A DNA stretch of 56,568 nucleotides, the filler included, from Platydemus manokwari (lineage: Eukaryota): assembly GCA_037951405.1 (NCBI GenBank). It is 5 parts of 5 records of this genome, joined end to end, with 100 filler letters (N's around TTAATTAATTAA, not from the genome) between each part and the next. Parts side by side here need not be neighbours in the genome. Positions count along the whole stretch, not along the records: positions 35,516 to 46,099 come from JBBMOY011121885.1; positions 46,200 to 56,568 come from JBBMOY011139661.1; 3 more parts are not named here. One strand, given 5' to 3'. The translations under genes and the position numbers were made by a program. Below, in pieces: positions 39,931-55,100 of the stretch. The notes beneath the pieces are model-generated. The model ran no database searches and was not told the DNA's origin. It was given only the letters and a program-made list of their open reading frames with translations. Position 1 is the first letter of the stretch; each line of letters starts with the position of its first letter.

Positions 39931-40735
39931 TAATCACCAATGGGTGATTTAAAACATGAGAATCTGAGAAATCATAAATATTATTAATTTTGATGCAATG
40001 TTTTCGGGTACATTATTTATGTACGAATATATGTCCCAAAATGAATCATGCTCAATAATACGAACGATAAAATAAATTAAAATACAAAATTTTATGAAAA
40101 CTATCTCTGAATCAAATAGATTAAAAATCAACTTTTCTTAAAATTGAGAATTGTAAAAAATTAATTCAATGTTTTATGGAAAATCTTAGATAATATGAAA
40201 ATAATATATATTAATTCAATATCCTTATATACCATTTGCATCGTAAATTAAAAAATATATATTTAGTGAGTACAATGGTTTTAATATTTGATCAGTAATT
40301 ACCACCATTAATGAGAATGTGGTTATTTTTATTGGAATGGATGTTTACTGTAGAATCCCACGGTAATTATTTTATAGAGTTATTTATGACAATACTATTA
40401 CTAATTTATTAGGTTTTATTCACTAGGAAATTAACTTTTTATGTAGTCAATTTCATCACAATTTCATATATAACCCAAATCCTTTCCAAACAGAAGTTTT
40501 AAGATATCCAACAGGTAGTCCATTAACTTTCCATATCTGTCAAACTCATAAACATGGGTTAAACCTCGAATATACAATTCCATAATTAATTTATTGATGT
40601 ATTCAAACATCGCGATTTGCTAAAAAAAACTGTTTTTTTAAAAGAAATTAATGGTACATATTGAAAAAGCTTGTTAATAGTTTTCCATGAAAAGTGGTTT
40701 ATTTAATATATTAATTTTTAGTTATAATTTTATAT

Positions 40736-41273
40736 TGTTGGATTATCAATCAACAAATTAGATCTGAAAATTTGTTTTAATTAAATATTACACTCAAATA
40801 TTACACGCAATTCACAAAGAAAATCATTCAAGATGGAATTCGCTCCCGAAAGTCAAAACAGAATAAAGAGTAATCAAAAATACTGATCACTAAAATCACA
40901 CATAAAATAAGCACTGAAGTTACCGACCAAAAAAGATTAGCAAGAATCCATGGAACTCAACCTCTTTTATAGACCCATCGGGTGTGTCTGCTTGGTGTCA
41001 CGGATCTTTGTTTACAATTCCCTGAATTTGTTTTTGGATCGATTTACTTGAGATTTTTCTTTTATCTCTCGTGCCTGAGGTGGATATTTGAGCTTGCTGC
41101 CATTTGTGAGTATGTATGTGCCTGTCGATTCTTAGCTTCTAAATTTGGATCATATCAGACTAAATCTGATTGGTTAACGGCACGTGCGTTTATCGAGTTT
41201 GAGTGTATCGACCATTTTTAGGGTTTTCCTTGGTTCTTGTGACCCTTTTGATTGATTTGTGATATACTCAACA
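40736..41273 (-). repeat. Solo-LTR-like dispersed repeat, copy 1
   Basis: TGTTG...CAACA termini, with CCAAT and TATAAAA on the - strand. Homologous along its length to 51667-52193. Confidence 0.7.
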
Positions 41274-44200
41274 ATTACAAAGGTATAAAATATCAATCAA
41301 GACCAATGATATTTTATTTTTTTAGATTCTCGCAATTTTCCTTCAAACAGAAGTTTTGAGTAAGCGTTCATTTTTTCGAGCTGTCATAAAATGATTTTAC
41401 AAGAATATTTAGAATAAAATTATAAAACGTTTGAATAATAAATTTCTTGAGGGCCACTATTAATAAAATCCCTGGAAATCATCATACAATTCCAATAGCA
41501 CCTAAATCATCAATATAAAAATATTACAAAAAACTGCGAACAATATTAATTGAAATCAAATAATAATAAATATTGGATTGTTGAATAGAGACGAAATCTT
41601 GCAAAAGAAAAACGATTTTGTACCTTGGAAGCCTTAATTTCACACTTTAAACATTTACATGATTATACAGCCACTCAGGCATAGGAATCAGCCAATCACA
41701 GCTGACTTAAATGAAAAATTATAATTCGAAAAAGGGACAAAGTCACAGAATTACACAAATATAGTGATTAACTAATCCCGTGTATACAAAATCAATATAT
41801 TCAATTGGAACTTGAGAAATAAAAGATTAAATCAAATCCGGATACAAACATGATACAAAAATTACACACTAATCTCAAGTATAAAACTGCTCGTTGGAAG
41901 TCATGTTTTAGATTGTGTATTATGAAATGTTTTGTCAAGTTTCGGAGGCATTTGAAACGTGCTGATTTTTTACGTGTTCGTGAAATACAAATTGCAATCT
42001 TTTCGAATCTATCGGAACCCAACAATATCCTCGACAATTCAAATCGTTCAAATTATTTCAATTCAACTTGTTCTATAGGAATTTTTTAACAATATCATTT
42101 CAATTCAATCTAGATTGCCTGCATAAATTTGCTCTAGTTAATAATATATGTAAAATGATTATTTATTTGGTAACGAATTGAATATTTTCATAATTCTGAG
42201 AAATGAAGCATTTGAATAATTATTATGTTAGTATAAATATTATTAAGTTCATTGAAGAATGAAAGACAGTTAACAGGTTAAAATAAACAAACAGATATTG
42301 TACATCCTTTGGAGATGGGAATTTATGCAGTTAATATGTGATTTGAAAAGCACATTAATCAAAATTGTATTTCATGTTGCCAAATTAGATAGGGCTATGA
42401 TTATTAACTTGACAAATTGCAAAATAATATTTTCATTAAGCACGCATAAACGAAAACATTTCTGAGAAAATGACATGAAACAAAAGCATGGAAAATCAAA
42501 CCCAAGAAGTACCATAAACAAAAGTGGTAGAGCATGATGTATGAAAGATTGCTGGCCATCAAAGAATCTGTCTATTTCTATCAGATCTAACTGGTTATAC
42601 AGTATTGATTTTGTTTGCATAGATAAATATTTTCTCCGTTGATTTTTATTTGTTTAAGATTTCTTCGTCCTGCTAAAGGAATTTTTGAGATTTTTCTTCG
42701 TCCTTCACTGACATTGGCCATCATAATTGCTTTTTATTTTGTGATTACGTCACAATTTTAAGCTGAAATTTAATCAAAGAATAATGAATTAAAGCTCTCT
42801 GATTGTCTAATTACACAGCATGCTAAATACATGACCTTGTGTATTCTCGTTTAAAAGAAAGTAAGCACTTATAAAAAATATATATATAATTTATCAAAAT
42901 CTTTACCATAATAATAGATAAATGTACGCAATTAACAGGTTCAGACCATTTTTATCACGGCGTGAATGTTGCACCAATAAATAAATTAAAAACTTTGATA
43001 AGTCCATGTTTTTTTAAAATAATTAATGCTATGTTTACTTGATCTATTATTAAATTTAATGGTTATTTATCTGTTATGGGTTATATAATATTATTCTTCA
43101 TAACTTGCTCACACTTCTCTGGTAATAATAAAGTGTCTAATGAGCTTAGCAATTTGTTCTTTTTGGAACTTTTATCCTGCAGACTAAATTTTGAAAATAA
43201 TAATGATTTACCGAGACGCAGGTATTCATCGATCTAACCTAAATAAATTAAAAGATCATGAATAGGTAATGCACAGCCTATAAAGTGAGTGTGTGTCAAT
43301 AGTATAATTGATGAACAATATAGCAACTATGCAAAACAAAATTATGGCTAGAAAACAAGAGTGTTCTTGACAAAACAATAATAGACAACTTACTGCTGAA
43401 ATGTCAAAGTTTGTTAATTAATATTAGGACTCTTTGTTTAATTTGAATATGAATGGAGTATTTTATTTGTAATTAAGTTATAAGCTTTAAATGTTAACAA
43501 ATTATTAACTAACGTTTTACGTCGTTTGATTTGTAAAAATAGTTTTATTGTGTTTAATCTTGTCAGTTGTTTTTTACTTTTTATATGATCAATTTCTCGA
43601 TCCTTAAACATCTTTGACAACAAAACGTAATGTTTCAAACTTTTTAATCACCTTCTACCAAATCTCATTTATGATTGACTTCTAAATTTCCCAATATGAG
43701 TGCACTAGATTCTTTGTCTCTAAATTTGAAGTACGGTCTTATTTGAAAATGGTTTTACAAAACGTTTCCTCGGCTGATCTGATTATAAGTTTCCTAAGTG
43801 AGTTTTGCTGCCGAGTTGTTTCTTTCTTAACCCGCTGCTTTTATAAAATAATTTTTATTCTAAAGTACTTATTAATTATTTTTTATTCTTTCTTAATTTG
43901 TTTCTTCATTAATTATTTATTTCTTTATTCAACTTCTTCATTTCTCTTGATAGTTGCGCTAACTTATGAATATAAAAATAATTGAGTATTGAATCAAAAT
44001 TCGAAAATCTTTTTCAAAAATAATATTCATGAAATATAAATGAACATAAGATTTTAATAAATGTCTTATTTTTTGACATCATTAAATAGAAATCATGATG
44101 GTTAAGAATATTTCAGATATTTCACAGCCGAAAAAATTTTAAATAGCTAATAATATTATTGCGTACAACCATATAATAACTAATAATAATTAATGCAGAC

Positions 44201-47200
44201 AAAAGATAATACAATGAATAACCCAAAAATAAAATTATAATTATTAAATCAGAAAAATAGAATTACAAAAATACAACAACAGAAATTAAATAAATTAGTT
44301 ACTAAATATAGAAACCATCAAAGCAAAATAGTAAACTAAACATTAATAAATTCTAATCACATTGTAAAAATATAAAACAAAAGAAATTACCAATTAGAAA
44401 ATAATTTATAAAGAATGAGACCAAAATGAAATTACCTATTACGAAATCTAAATAATTACTTATTACTATCAAATTTTACGTTCGTTATTCGCTTTATTAA
44501 CTACAATACTCGTAATTCATGCGAAGACTAATCTAGGTGTACAATAACGAAGAATAAAAACATTGTTACCTAAGAAATCGACGATTTTACATCTATACAA
44601 CAATGTAATTCTATAGTCGTTGTATCAGTGAAAATTCTAGAAGGATGTTTAGCAAAACATATTGAATCTTCCAAAGGACCAAGCAATCTTTACTTTTTAA
44701 AATTTATATTATTATTATATTAAAACATTATAAAGACTTTAGACCGAATTTGGTTGTGTTTTGGGCTTGTAATGTTATTTTATTCTTCTACTCTATTAGT
44801 CTCTTTTATATTCTTATAAGATCACTGTTGTCTTGATGAATCGGAACGAGTTCCAATCAAGTCCAAAGTACAAACTATTAAAATCTTTTATTTGTTCTTT
44901 ACCACCTCGCACATGATATTATATGATGATAATATGTGTGGCAGCAATTCCTAACCACAAATTAAAATTGGAAATTACTAACTATGAAACCTGGATCAGA
45001 CTAAATTTATTAACATATTTTATATTATTAAAACCTTAGTTTATAATAAGTATTATAAATATTTTCCTACATGCTTGACCGTGTTCTCAATGATTAATAT
45101 TATTATTTTATTATATTAATTTAACTGTTCTGAAGTTCTTTTTGGAAAATAATTAAAAATAAATTAATACAAATATTCATTCAGGCAGAAGCACAAATTG
45201 TTACAAATTTTACACAGATAAGAATTGATACATAAAATTTAAACAGATAAAAATTGTTACATAGAATTAATGCATAATTGCTACACATATCAAATTAATA
45301 CATAATATCTACACTTATCAAAATGTAACAATAAAAATTTTTTTCTCCCAAAGTTGTTTATTCAGATGAAACAGTCACACGTAAAATATTGTTACATAAG
45401 AACTACTGGCAATGTTGATTCCGTAACACTAATATAAATAAATTCTAAATTCATGTTATATTAATCGCACAATATTAGTGGTTACAGCTTCATTCGTACC
45501 AACCATCTATAATCTAATAATTAATCAGAGCTCTCATGAGCATAACCACGAGAGATGATAAAATCTTATCGTTCAATCATCACAGAACCAAAGAATAAAA
45601 TTTCGTACTCAACTTTTTTTACCTGGTTGTTTGTTCAAAATAAATATTACCACTTATATTATTACTGTATTGTAATCAGATTTAATTTGATTTTATCGTT
45701 GTGTCCTTTGTAATACTAATTATGTATTATTCAAATTGAATCATTTATTTTATTGCATATTATACATTATTTTGTTCATAATAAACATAGATGTTTTTGG
45801 AGTACTTTGTTTCGAAGGCAAGTCTCTATAATCTTTTTAGTTCTTTTTATTGACTTATAATGGTATTTGATCTACGTTACTATGGAGATGTCAATAATTA
45901 CTTCACATGCATTAATTATCGACTATTCAGTAATAAAGACTGTTAGTTGCTAAACCTTTTTAATTTTTTATATTTAAATCGAAAGACATGATTACAAAGA
46001 ACAAATAATATGTATTAGGCTAAGTCAAAAGTTATTCATGTTTTTTAGTTGTTTAAAGTTTTTGTTTTACCAAATCATTTAAACATAACATAGCTACGCN
46101 NNNNNNNNNNNNNNNNNNNNNNNNNNNNNNNNNNNNNNNNNNNTTAATTAATTAANNNNNNNNNNNNNNNNNNNNNNNNNNNNNNNNNNNNNNNNNNNNT
46201 GAAAACCGTCCAAAGACACCAGAAATGTGGTGTCTGAGGGGAAAAAATGCAAAGAAAACAATCGATAATGAAATTTTAGAACCATGGAAAAGAGCAGTAT
46301 CAAATTATTTTTTATTTATTTGTAAGTGGAAATGACGCCTCATGTTAATCAATGCTTCTAATATTTGGTTTTACTTGTAAAGATTGAGTTGAACTCCTGC
46401 GTGGATATCAAATAAAAGATAATATAATCAGTACCACCTTATTTATGTAACGAATTATCATTGACTTAAAAATATTTGGTATGCTAATTCATTTATTGAA
46501 TCCTTGTTATAGAAAAGATCATTACGGGTTAGCCACTAACGAAGTATAAACAGTATACTGCTTAGAAGTGGACATTAACAAAGTCCCATAAATAGTAACA
46601 GCGACAATCTATAGAGATACATGCTATTCCTCTAGTTTCTCTTCAAATAAATCTGATCCACCAACTCTACTGTTGGGACTCAATGACATTCCTTATAAAA
46701 CACATTTCAAGAAGATAATCAGATTATGTCGATAAATAATAAATATAATGCTTTAAGCTAACTCAATAATTAAATGAAGATGAAATTTTAAGGAACTCAA
46801 AGTAAATGTAAATGACTAATAGAGACTTAAAGGTTAAAGGTTGGAAACTTCGAGATATTAATAAATTATATCCCAGAAATCGGCATATAAGGAATAGCTA
46901 AACGAATATTATTCGCTATTTCATGAAGCAATCAGAAAAAGTTAGAATGATATTTTCTAAAAAAATTATAAATATTAGGTGCTAGTTAAAAAAATTATTA
47001 TTACATAAAATTTGTTGATATCATGATTTCTTATTCCAAAGACAAAGTGTAATAATGAGACAAAAATTACTAGACAAAGACAAAATGAACATTGAAAGTG
47101 TTGCTTTATATTTAATTGATTGTGGGTAAGATCGGGTAAATTATTTAAGTTTATTGGAGCTCTTAGAGATGCAGTCCAAAATCACCCTCTCGAATATATA

Positions 47201-48379
47201 TATAATTTATTTTCAATATTAACTTTATGTGCTCATTATAAGTAAATGCTATTTTACTTGCAATATTTTTCTGATTCATCTATAGTTTTTTATTATATAT
47301 TTTTCTAGTTTATTTTCAAAACAATACTTGTTTAATAAACATTGTTGCAGACGATTCAATGTACATTTAAAGTCGACGCGTTATTGATGTACATTTGTTT
47401 TGTATATCGTTAAATATTTTAATTATTTCTTTCAGCAGTCATTTGCATTTTCTAATGTTTAAAGATGTTATATAAGGGAAAATTTGTAATTCGAAAAGAT
47501 GCATTAGATAAGGAAAGAAATATTATTAAATGATGGCAATTTCATCTATATTTTTTGTCTTATCTAATGTGTATAACTCAAAATCTGAGTACTTTTTAGT
47601 AGCAAATGGTTTACATTGAATAAGAAATTTATTTAATTGTTTGTAAAATGAGAATTTATAAAAATTAAATGCAATTATAAGGATGACCATAGGCATGTGT
47701 GTTTGAAATGAGAGTGAATTTAAATAAGCAAATTGTTCTTGATTGGGAGATTTGAGATTATAGTCAATACAGATAGTTCTCTCTCGAACAACACTTTCTA
47801 ATTATTTTAACTAAAGTCACAGAAATCACTCAATTGTCCCGACAAAGAAAACATGCCTGAAATGTCTTTAAACTAAATCTTGACTCATCAAATTTCACAA
47901 ACAGATTTTTGATTTTTTCTGTCATTGTATAAAAAGAAAAAATTAAAAAAAAGTATGTCGATAAACTACGTTGTAGTGAAGTCCATTTAAAAATAAAATG
48001 AATGAAAAATAATTGGATAACATAAGCTTCACCTACAATATTTCGAAATTGGTAAATACTAATGGAAATGTTAAAGTTTACTCTTCAAAAACTTAACAGT
48101 GTTTTTCGCGATAATTTTCTGATAATGATATAAGATGTATGAGTGTCTTTTGAGGTTTGTGACTTGAGAAAAAAGAAGATAATAAATAAAAAAATACAAA
48201 TAATACTCAACATTGATTTATATTTCTCAATAAATAAATAAAAATAGTTAACGTAAATCGTTTTAAGTCATTTCTATGACAAATATGTATGGTACATGCG
48301 ATAAGTGTGTACCGAAAATTAATTGAAATATTAATCAAAGCAGTGGTCTTTGCCATTTCGAAAGACATTTTATGTAATA

Positions 48380-48520
48380 ATTTCCTATTTGTGTTAAAGG
48401 AAATCAGTCACTACGTAGGTAATAAAGGCAATATACAAGTAGAAATGGATAAAAGTATATTAGTGTATTGGTAGCGGTTAAAAGCTATCATATGTGTTGG
48501 GAGAGTCTAGTAGGTAGAAT
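48380..48520 (+). mobile_element. Possible Merlin/IS1016-like transposase remnant
   Basis: VGNKGNIQVEMDKS resembles the Merlin motif IGGxGxxVEIDES. Short and degenerate. Confidence 0.3.
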
Positions 48521-51500
48521 TAAAATTTTACATGGATTATATTCTCGATTTTGACTAATCAATGTTTAGGGTTTGTTCTATTGAGCCCAGTTGACAGTAT
48601 AAATTATTGGCATAAAAATATAATTTTTAGACAGAGAACCGACTTTCTTAGTATGAATCTGATGGAGAGACAAAGTCAGATTTTAAGGATTAATTGAGTT
48701 CTAGATTGCAAGTAAATTTTATCAGCAGTGTACCGATTAAATCCAATAAGATATTTAACTCCTATCTGACTACATATTGACAATTCCAAAATTACTCAAT
48801 TCAGTAGCTATGGATATTGTTATTACTGTTGGAAATTAATTCTTTAAAATGTCAATTGTTATATTTGACCAAAACAAATGAATCAAATCCTACACTTAAA
48901 GTGAACAATGCCACACATAAGTTCTAAATTTCAAAACATAAATTCAAAGAAATATCACAATCGAAAGGGAATCAGTACCCTGCAAATAAATATCAATAAG
49001 TTACCGGTCGTAGAAAATTGACAATTTCAGTCCAGATTTAAATCAATACTTAATCTATTTACGTGTTATTTATGTATCGAATATTGATTTCCTCCTGTTA
49101 TAACTATCTACATCTAACTCAAAGATTTTCGATTATTAATTTCTCCTCTTTCTCAGAAATCATTAGCCAATTGGAACGTTCTTTTTTATAGGTATGGATT
49201 CATTCTTAATAACTTTTCAACTGTCGTTGATTTGAAAATCTCTAATAGACAGCTGTCCATGTGTGTTTTTTATAAGCTTTTTTAAAATAAGCTTTTCTTG
49301 GTTTATTTAGTACGATTTTAATATTATGAAATCTATAAGTTCTTGTTATATATAAAAAACGAAGCATAAATTATTATCATCATCACCAAGATTAGCATTT
49401 TTTGTTTCATATTGTGTTAAAAGTTCAAAGAAAAAAATTACAGCCCTTTCTTTAATATAATCATTTTCAAGATAATGTAGAAAACAAAAATTCTTTTATC
49501 TGATATTCTTTTTATTCACAGAAACTGAATGAAAAAAATTATATTGAATGACAACATTAAATGCCAAATTTATTGATTTGAATACAATCCCATTATTTGC
49601 AATTTCTCGAGAAAAATTTAAAACAATAATAAAATATTGTGTGTAATATTAAACTCAAAGCAAGTTGTCAACACACAGCACATGGAGTTTTGTCTTTGTG
49701 AACTACTGCATTAGGTTTGGAGCAAAAAATAACGAAGTACAAATGCCATGGACAGAAATCAAAGGGTACCAAAACATATATTCGGAATTGTTTAAAATAA
49801 TAAAGCGGGTATACAATTATCGGTATAACATGGAGCAATATAAAAAGCTTTGGATCAAGATGTTTGATGGGACGCATTAAATCAATAATTGTATTTTAAT
49901 ATAGCTGCTTATGGCATCCTCTTACGGTGCCATCTAATACGACTGAGTCAAGTATATTAGTACACCACGACCATGTTCACCAAATTGATGATAGTTTTGA
50001 CCTTTAATTTACTGAATTAGGATTTACTGCTTTTGGAAAGAAAGAAAAAAATATTAATAAGTTGCATTGAAATTTCTTTGGACATATCCAGTCATTTCAT
50101 TTCAATAAATTTTTTCTAATATTATTAGGAGCATTATGTATTAAATGTTTTATTTTTTATAATAAGCGTTTAAGCTATTGAAGGAAATAAATCGAAAGCA
50201 ATATTTATGTAAGCGGCGCACTAAATTAAACCATAAAAATGAGATGAGGAATAGCGATAAAACGATTTTTGTTGTCAAAAGAAACATAAATTTCTTTTTT
50301 TAACCAATCATAAACAAGAATGATTTTATGTTCAAACAAATGGTTATAACCAAATTCCTTATTCAAACTTCACTGCCAAATTCTATGAAAAGTGCTCCAA
50401 AAGACAAAATAAAATACAGAAACTTAAAATAATTCATACAGATCAGAGATGATTTCTATTAATACTTTTTGCGATTCCATAACAACCAATAGAACATATG
50501 AGAATTCAACAATAATAGAAATACGAATTTTCTGAGGTTTATTTTTATTAAATGATTTCGAAATTCGCAGTTGGGAAATATCTAGTCAGTCGGAGGACAT
50601 TTGTTAATTCTATGATTTGATTCTCTTTATTCTCAATGCCCTCTGAGTTGATTTATAATTTCGTTGACATTGAGTATGGCATTCATGATTTAGTGAGGGT
50701 TGTGGACGTTTGCTAATTAAGTCATTAACAATTGAATTGACACTGATAAACATTGGTAGCTACTGATCTATTTCACAGCTATTTTAACTAGTCATTTTCG
50801 ACGGAACAAAGCATCATTCATACACTTATGGATTCAAACTGGCTTGTTATTTTTCTATTAATATGAATTTACCAAATAGCCCTGTATATCATTCACAGAA
50901 TTTTGGTCTTACCTCATGAATTGGAGGAAATACTATGAAAATTTTAAATGAAGGAATATCATTAGATTGATTTGGATCTCGGTATTGTTGGGGTTATTAA
51001 AAAGTATGAAGATCGTAAAAATATATATTATCAATAAAAATAGTGCTACTCAGCACATAACAACCTTAAATACTTGACTTTAATAAAATACAACTCAAAT
51101 CAACTCAAAATCAGCATTAGGCTATCTCTACCTAGTTATTTGTAATTGAAACTTGTGTGTATTTATGTGTCACATTTCGATTTGATATTTCATTTTTCAA
51201 AATCCCAACTGGACCTATCGATTTTCTATGATCGGGCTTGGTGAAACACTATATGTGTATTGTTAAATGATTATGTCCCTTTCGAAATGGTATCTTTATT
51301 TTATGTCTTCTTTGATTGGTTGGCTATTATGATTATGTTGTGAAGTAGGAATATAAATGTGTAAAAAGTTAAAACAAGGGTTTTAAGATGTCAAAAATGT
51401 ATTTTGGTGATGTTCATTTTTACTCAACAGTATGGAATTGACAAGTATACTGATTAAATGTTCCTCTTCAGTGTGGGAAAATAGGAGGCTTTTGTCATAA

Positions 51501-51666
51501 ATTGATCATTGTAAAAAATATTGATAATTCTTGTATAGTTCAATTTTCACCGGAAAATGATATTTCAGAAAGCTTGTACCAAGAAATAATTCCACTCAAT
51601 TACTGTCATAAATCATTAGGCTATCGACACGTGATGAAATCGTATTTTAGTTTAGATATTCAAAGT

Positions 51667-52193
51667 TGTTGGGTATATCTCAAATCAATGAGAAGGGTCA
51701 CAAGAACCAAGGCAAAATCCTTAAAAGGGTCAATACACACAAACCCGATAAACACAAGTGCCGTTAACCAATCCGATTCATTCTAATGTTAATCCATATT
51801 TAGAAGCTAAGAATCAGATATCCACCAATGTCTCTAGAGATATAAGGAAAATTTCAAGTAAATCGACCCACAAACAAATTCGGCGAATTGAAAACGAAGA
51901 TCCGTGATATCAAGCAGACACACCCATTGGGTCCATAAAAACGGTTGAATTCCGTGGATTCCTGCCAGTCTTTTTTGGTCGGTAACTTCAGTGCTTAGCT
52001 TATATGTGGTTTTAGTAATCAGTCTTTTTGATTACTCTTCATTCTGTTTTTTGACTTTCGGGCACTGATCCCATTTTGAATGATTTTCTTTGTGAATTGC
52101 GTAGAGAATTGTTCTTGGTGTTATTGAGAATTTGAGTGTAATAATTACTAAATACAAATTTTCAGATTTAAATTGTTGTTTGATAATGCAACA
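51667..52193 (+). repeat. Solo-LTR-like dispersed repeat, copy 2
   Basis: TGTTGGGTATATCTCAAATCAAT..GGGTCACAAGAACCAAGG..GTGCCGTTAACCAATC..TTGATAATGCAACA is the diverged reverse complement of 40736-41273. Confidence 0.7.
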
Positions 52194-55100
52194 GATGTTA
52201 CAATATTCAAAGCAACGAATCCACAAAGTTCTCAAAAATCAAAGATTGTCTATAATGGAGTCAATTATTGATAAAATTTCAAAAAATCATGATAAGGAAA
52301 GGAATGAATAAATGATAACTATAAAATATAATAAAAAATTTAGAATTTTACATTAAAAATTTTAGATGTATAAAACATCAACAATGACAAGCAAAAGTAA
52401 TAAAATTTTATAATCGATAAAAGAATGTTATTCATAAAATAATCAATAAAATTTAAAGTCTTGTCCAATATTTCGACAATTGTGACATTGTATTAATAAT
52501 ATCTCAGTTGAACAGGGGAAATAAGCCTTTCACGCGAATAATAAATTATCTACAATGCATTTGAAAATGAATTCACCACGATAAATATGGAGAATGGGAA
52601 TTAGAGAAAACTTGATTTCGTAAAATAAATTATGGGGTATTCACTGAGCAAGAGATTGTATTCTTCATTTAACCAGAGGCAAGATATTGCTTTGCTTGAA
52701 ATTTTGGCTTACTTTTTCACTGAGCATAATAACTTTTCCCCATTGGACATAGCACTCAGCATAGAGCTCACTTAGTGGTAAATTATTAGATCATGAAAAC
52801 CAATATTCATTGAGCCTTCTTAATAATTCAGTAAGTGAATTATTAATTATACGATTTCTGATAATAGCAAGTTCATATGATTTATTGGAATTTATCGATT
52901 CATATTTTTGGTTTTATTGTTGACATATCACTTCTCAGATATCCCGATAAAGTCAGAAAACAAGATGTTGATATATATTATCAAACTCAATAAACATCAC
53001 AATAATCGAGAATCCATTGATTATTCCGTTTCATTATTAATAATTTATGTCGAGAACCATCCAAGACTAAATAACAATGAAAAATAATACAAACCATTAT
53101 CAAAATATTTTACACAAATAAACATTAAAAAATTTCTTGAAATAAAATAAATATTTTTTTCTATGAAAATAAAAATATTCTTCACACTTACAAGGCATTT
53201 TAAAATTTTTGTCAAAATTAAAATAAATAACTTTAAATATTTTGTTGAAATACATCAAATAAGAAATTGTTTCACCGATTTCAAAATGATGGAGAAATTT
53301 AACCATATTCTAATTTTAGTAACTACTTTAATACTAAAAATAGATTACCCCTTTTTGTATGTGCGTGGATATTAAATTTAGTACCGACGTGTAAATGTCG
53401 CTAAAATAGGTACAAATGTTGCAATATACACAAAATGGTATAACAAAGCACTCAAAACAATACATAATATTAGTTACTTCTTAGAGAAAATTTAGTTGAA
53501 CGAAACTGCACGCAAAAAATTAATTGCCCATTTTAATAGCAATTGGAGAAGTTTATTTGAAGAAAAATTGTGATTATTATTGTTGATCATTTTCATCCCG
53601 TTTCAAGCTCTAATATTTATTATTGATCTGCAGATATTTTGCAAACCCCTTTATCAGTAAATTTTTTGTGGATATTTTAATTAACTACAGATCCACGATT
53701 ATCACTAATCTTGTGATCTTTTAAAATCCAATAAGATCACGCTCTTGTTTTCCAACTTCCATTTTTTATAGAGACTTGTCTTATTGAGGTTGACTTAGTC
53801 CACAATAAAGATATTATTTATCTAGTAATCGCCTAAATTTATAACCAAGTCAGTCAAATATTATTTATTGTTTTGCCTCTGTTAGCCGCCACTGTTAAAT
53901 AAATGACGCATTTGAAAATTAACTGAAAAGTCACGACACCAAATCATATCTCCAACTGCAATTAGTTAAACAAATATATGTCTTTTGATAATGATTTATG
54001 AAGTATTTTAATTTTCAACCTTAAATTTCTCGCGGTATCAATTGTATTTATATTTAAAATATTATTGATTGTATTACACGGTGATTTTCAGCCACAACAA
54101 CCTTTATCTGTTTGAGTCCAGATGAAAAAGGTAAAGATTTCAAACCCTTCTACTTTGTTAGTAGCAGCTACTTGGCTTGAAATTGATGTTTCAACCAAAG
54201 AAGTCATTATTATGATTTTTTAAAAATATTTATTTATTGCCATCACAGTACACTTTTTAAACAAATTAAAATTCCTTTTCTGGAGGGATTTCATTATCAA
54301 TCTTAATCAGGTATTGATAAAAATATTTAAATCATTTAATAATTATTTTATTTTAAATAATCCAATATAAATTTTAAAATTTAATTAATTATTTAAAATT
54401 TTAATTAAAATTTTTTATTAATATTTTTATTTAAAATTTTTATTTATAATTTTTTTATTTAAAATTCTTATTAGTTAATTTGAATTTTCCTCACATGCCT
54501 TATTTTAATATCAACGTTATATCATCAAATTTAAACACATTGTACATCGATATTTTTAACTTAAATTATGAATAATGTGGATTGATCAAATCGTTAAGAT
54601 TTATTCCCGGTGAAATAAGTGAAATTTTTCAAAATACCACTGACAAAAGTGGTAAAATCTGATTTCATGAATTTTCAGCAAAGTTGACAGTCTATATTTA
54701 TTTTATATTTATATTTTTCATAACATTTTACAAGAAGAAGAGTTTAACGAATTATACCATTGAATACCACTTATCGTTGGAGACAAAGATTATTCGTAAT
54801 TTTAAACGTAAAAGAATCTTACAAGAACGAAAATATCCGATATTTCGCATCCTTTTTTTAAATTCCAATAACATAAACACATGCACATACTAATGTTCTA
54901 TTCATATCCAAAGCCCAATTTGAACCACAATTAAGCAGAAAATTCATTCCAGCGAAACAGAAATTCACACAAGTCACAGGTCAATCATCATTATTTTCGG
55001 AAATCACAAATTGAAATCATGATACACAAAAGTCAATATATTAATAACGATTTTAATAGTTTTATAAATTCTCTTTGTTTTAAATTATCAAAATGTATTG

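Noticed and set aside
33321-54893. Many short 60-95 aa ORFs in the right half of the window
   Set aside because: I/L/F/K/N-rich chance ORFs expected in very AT-rich DNA, with no motifs or consistent exon chains.
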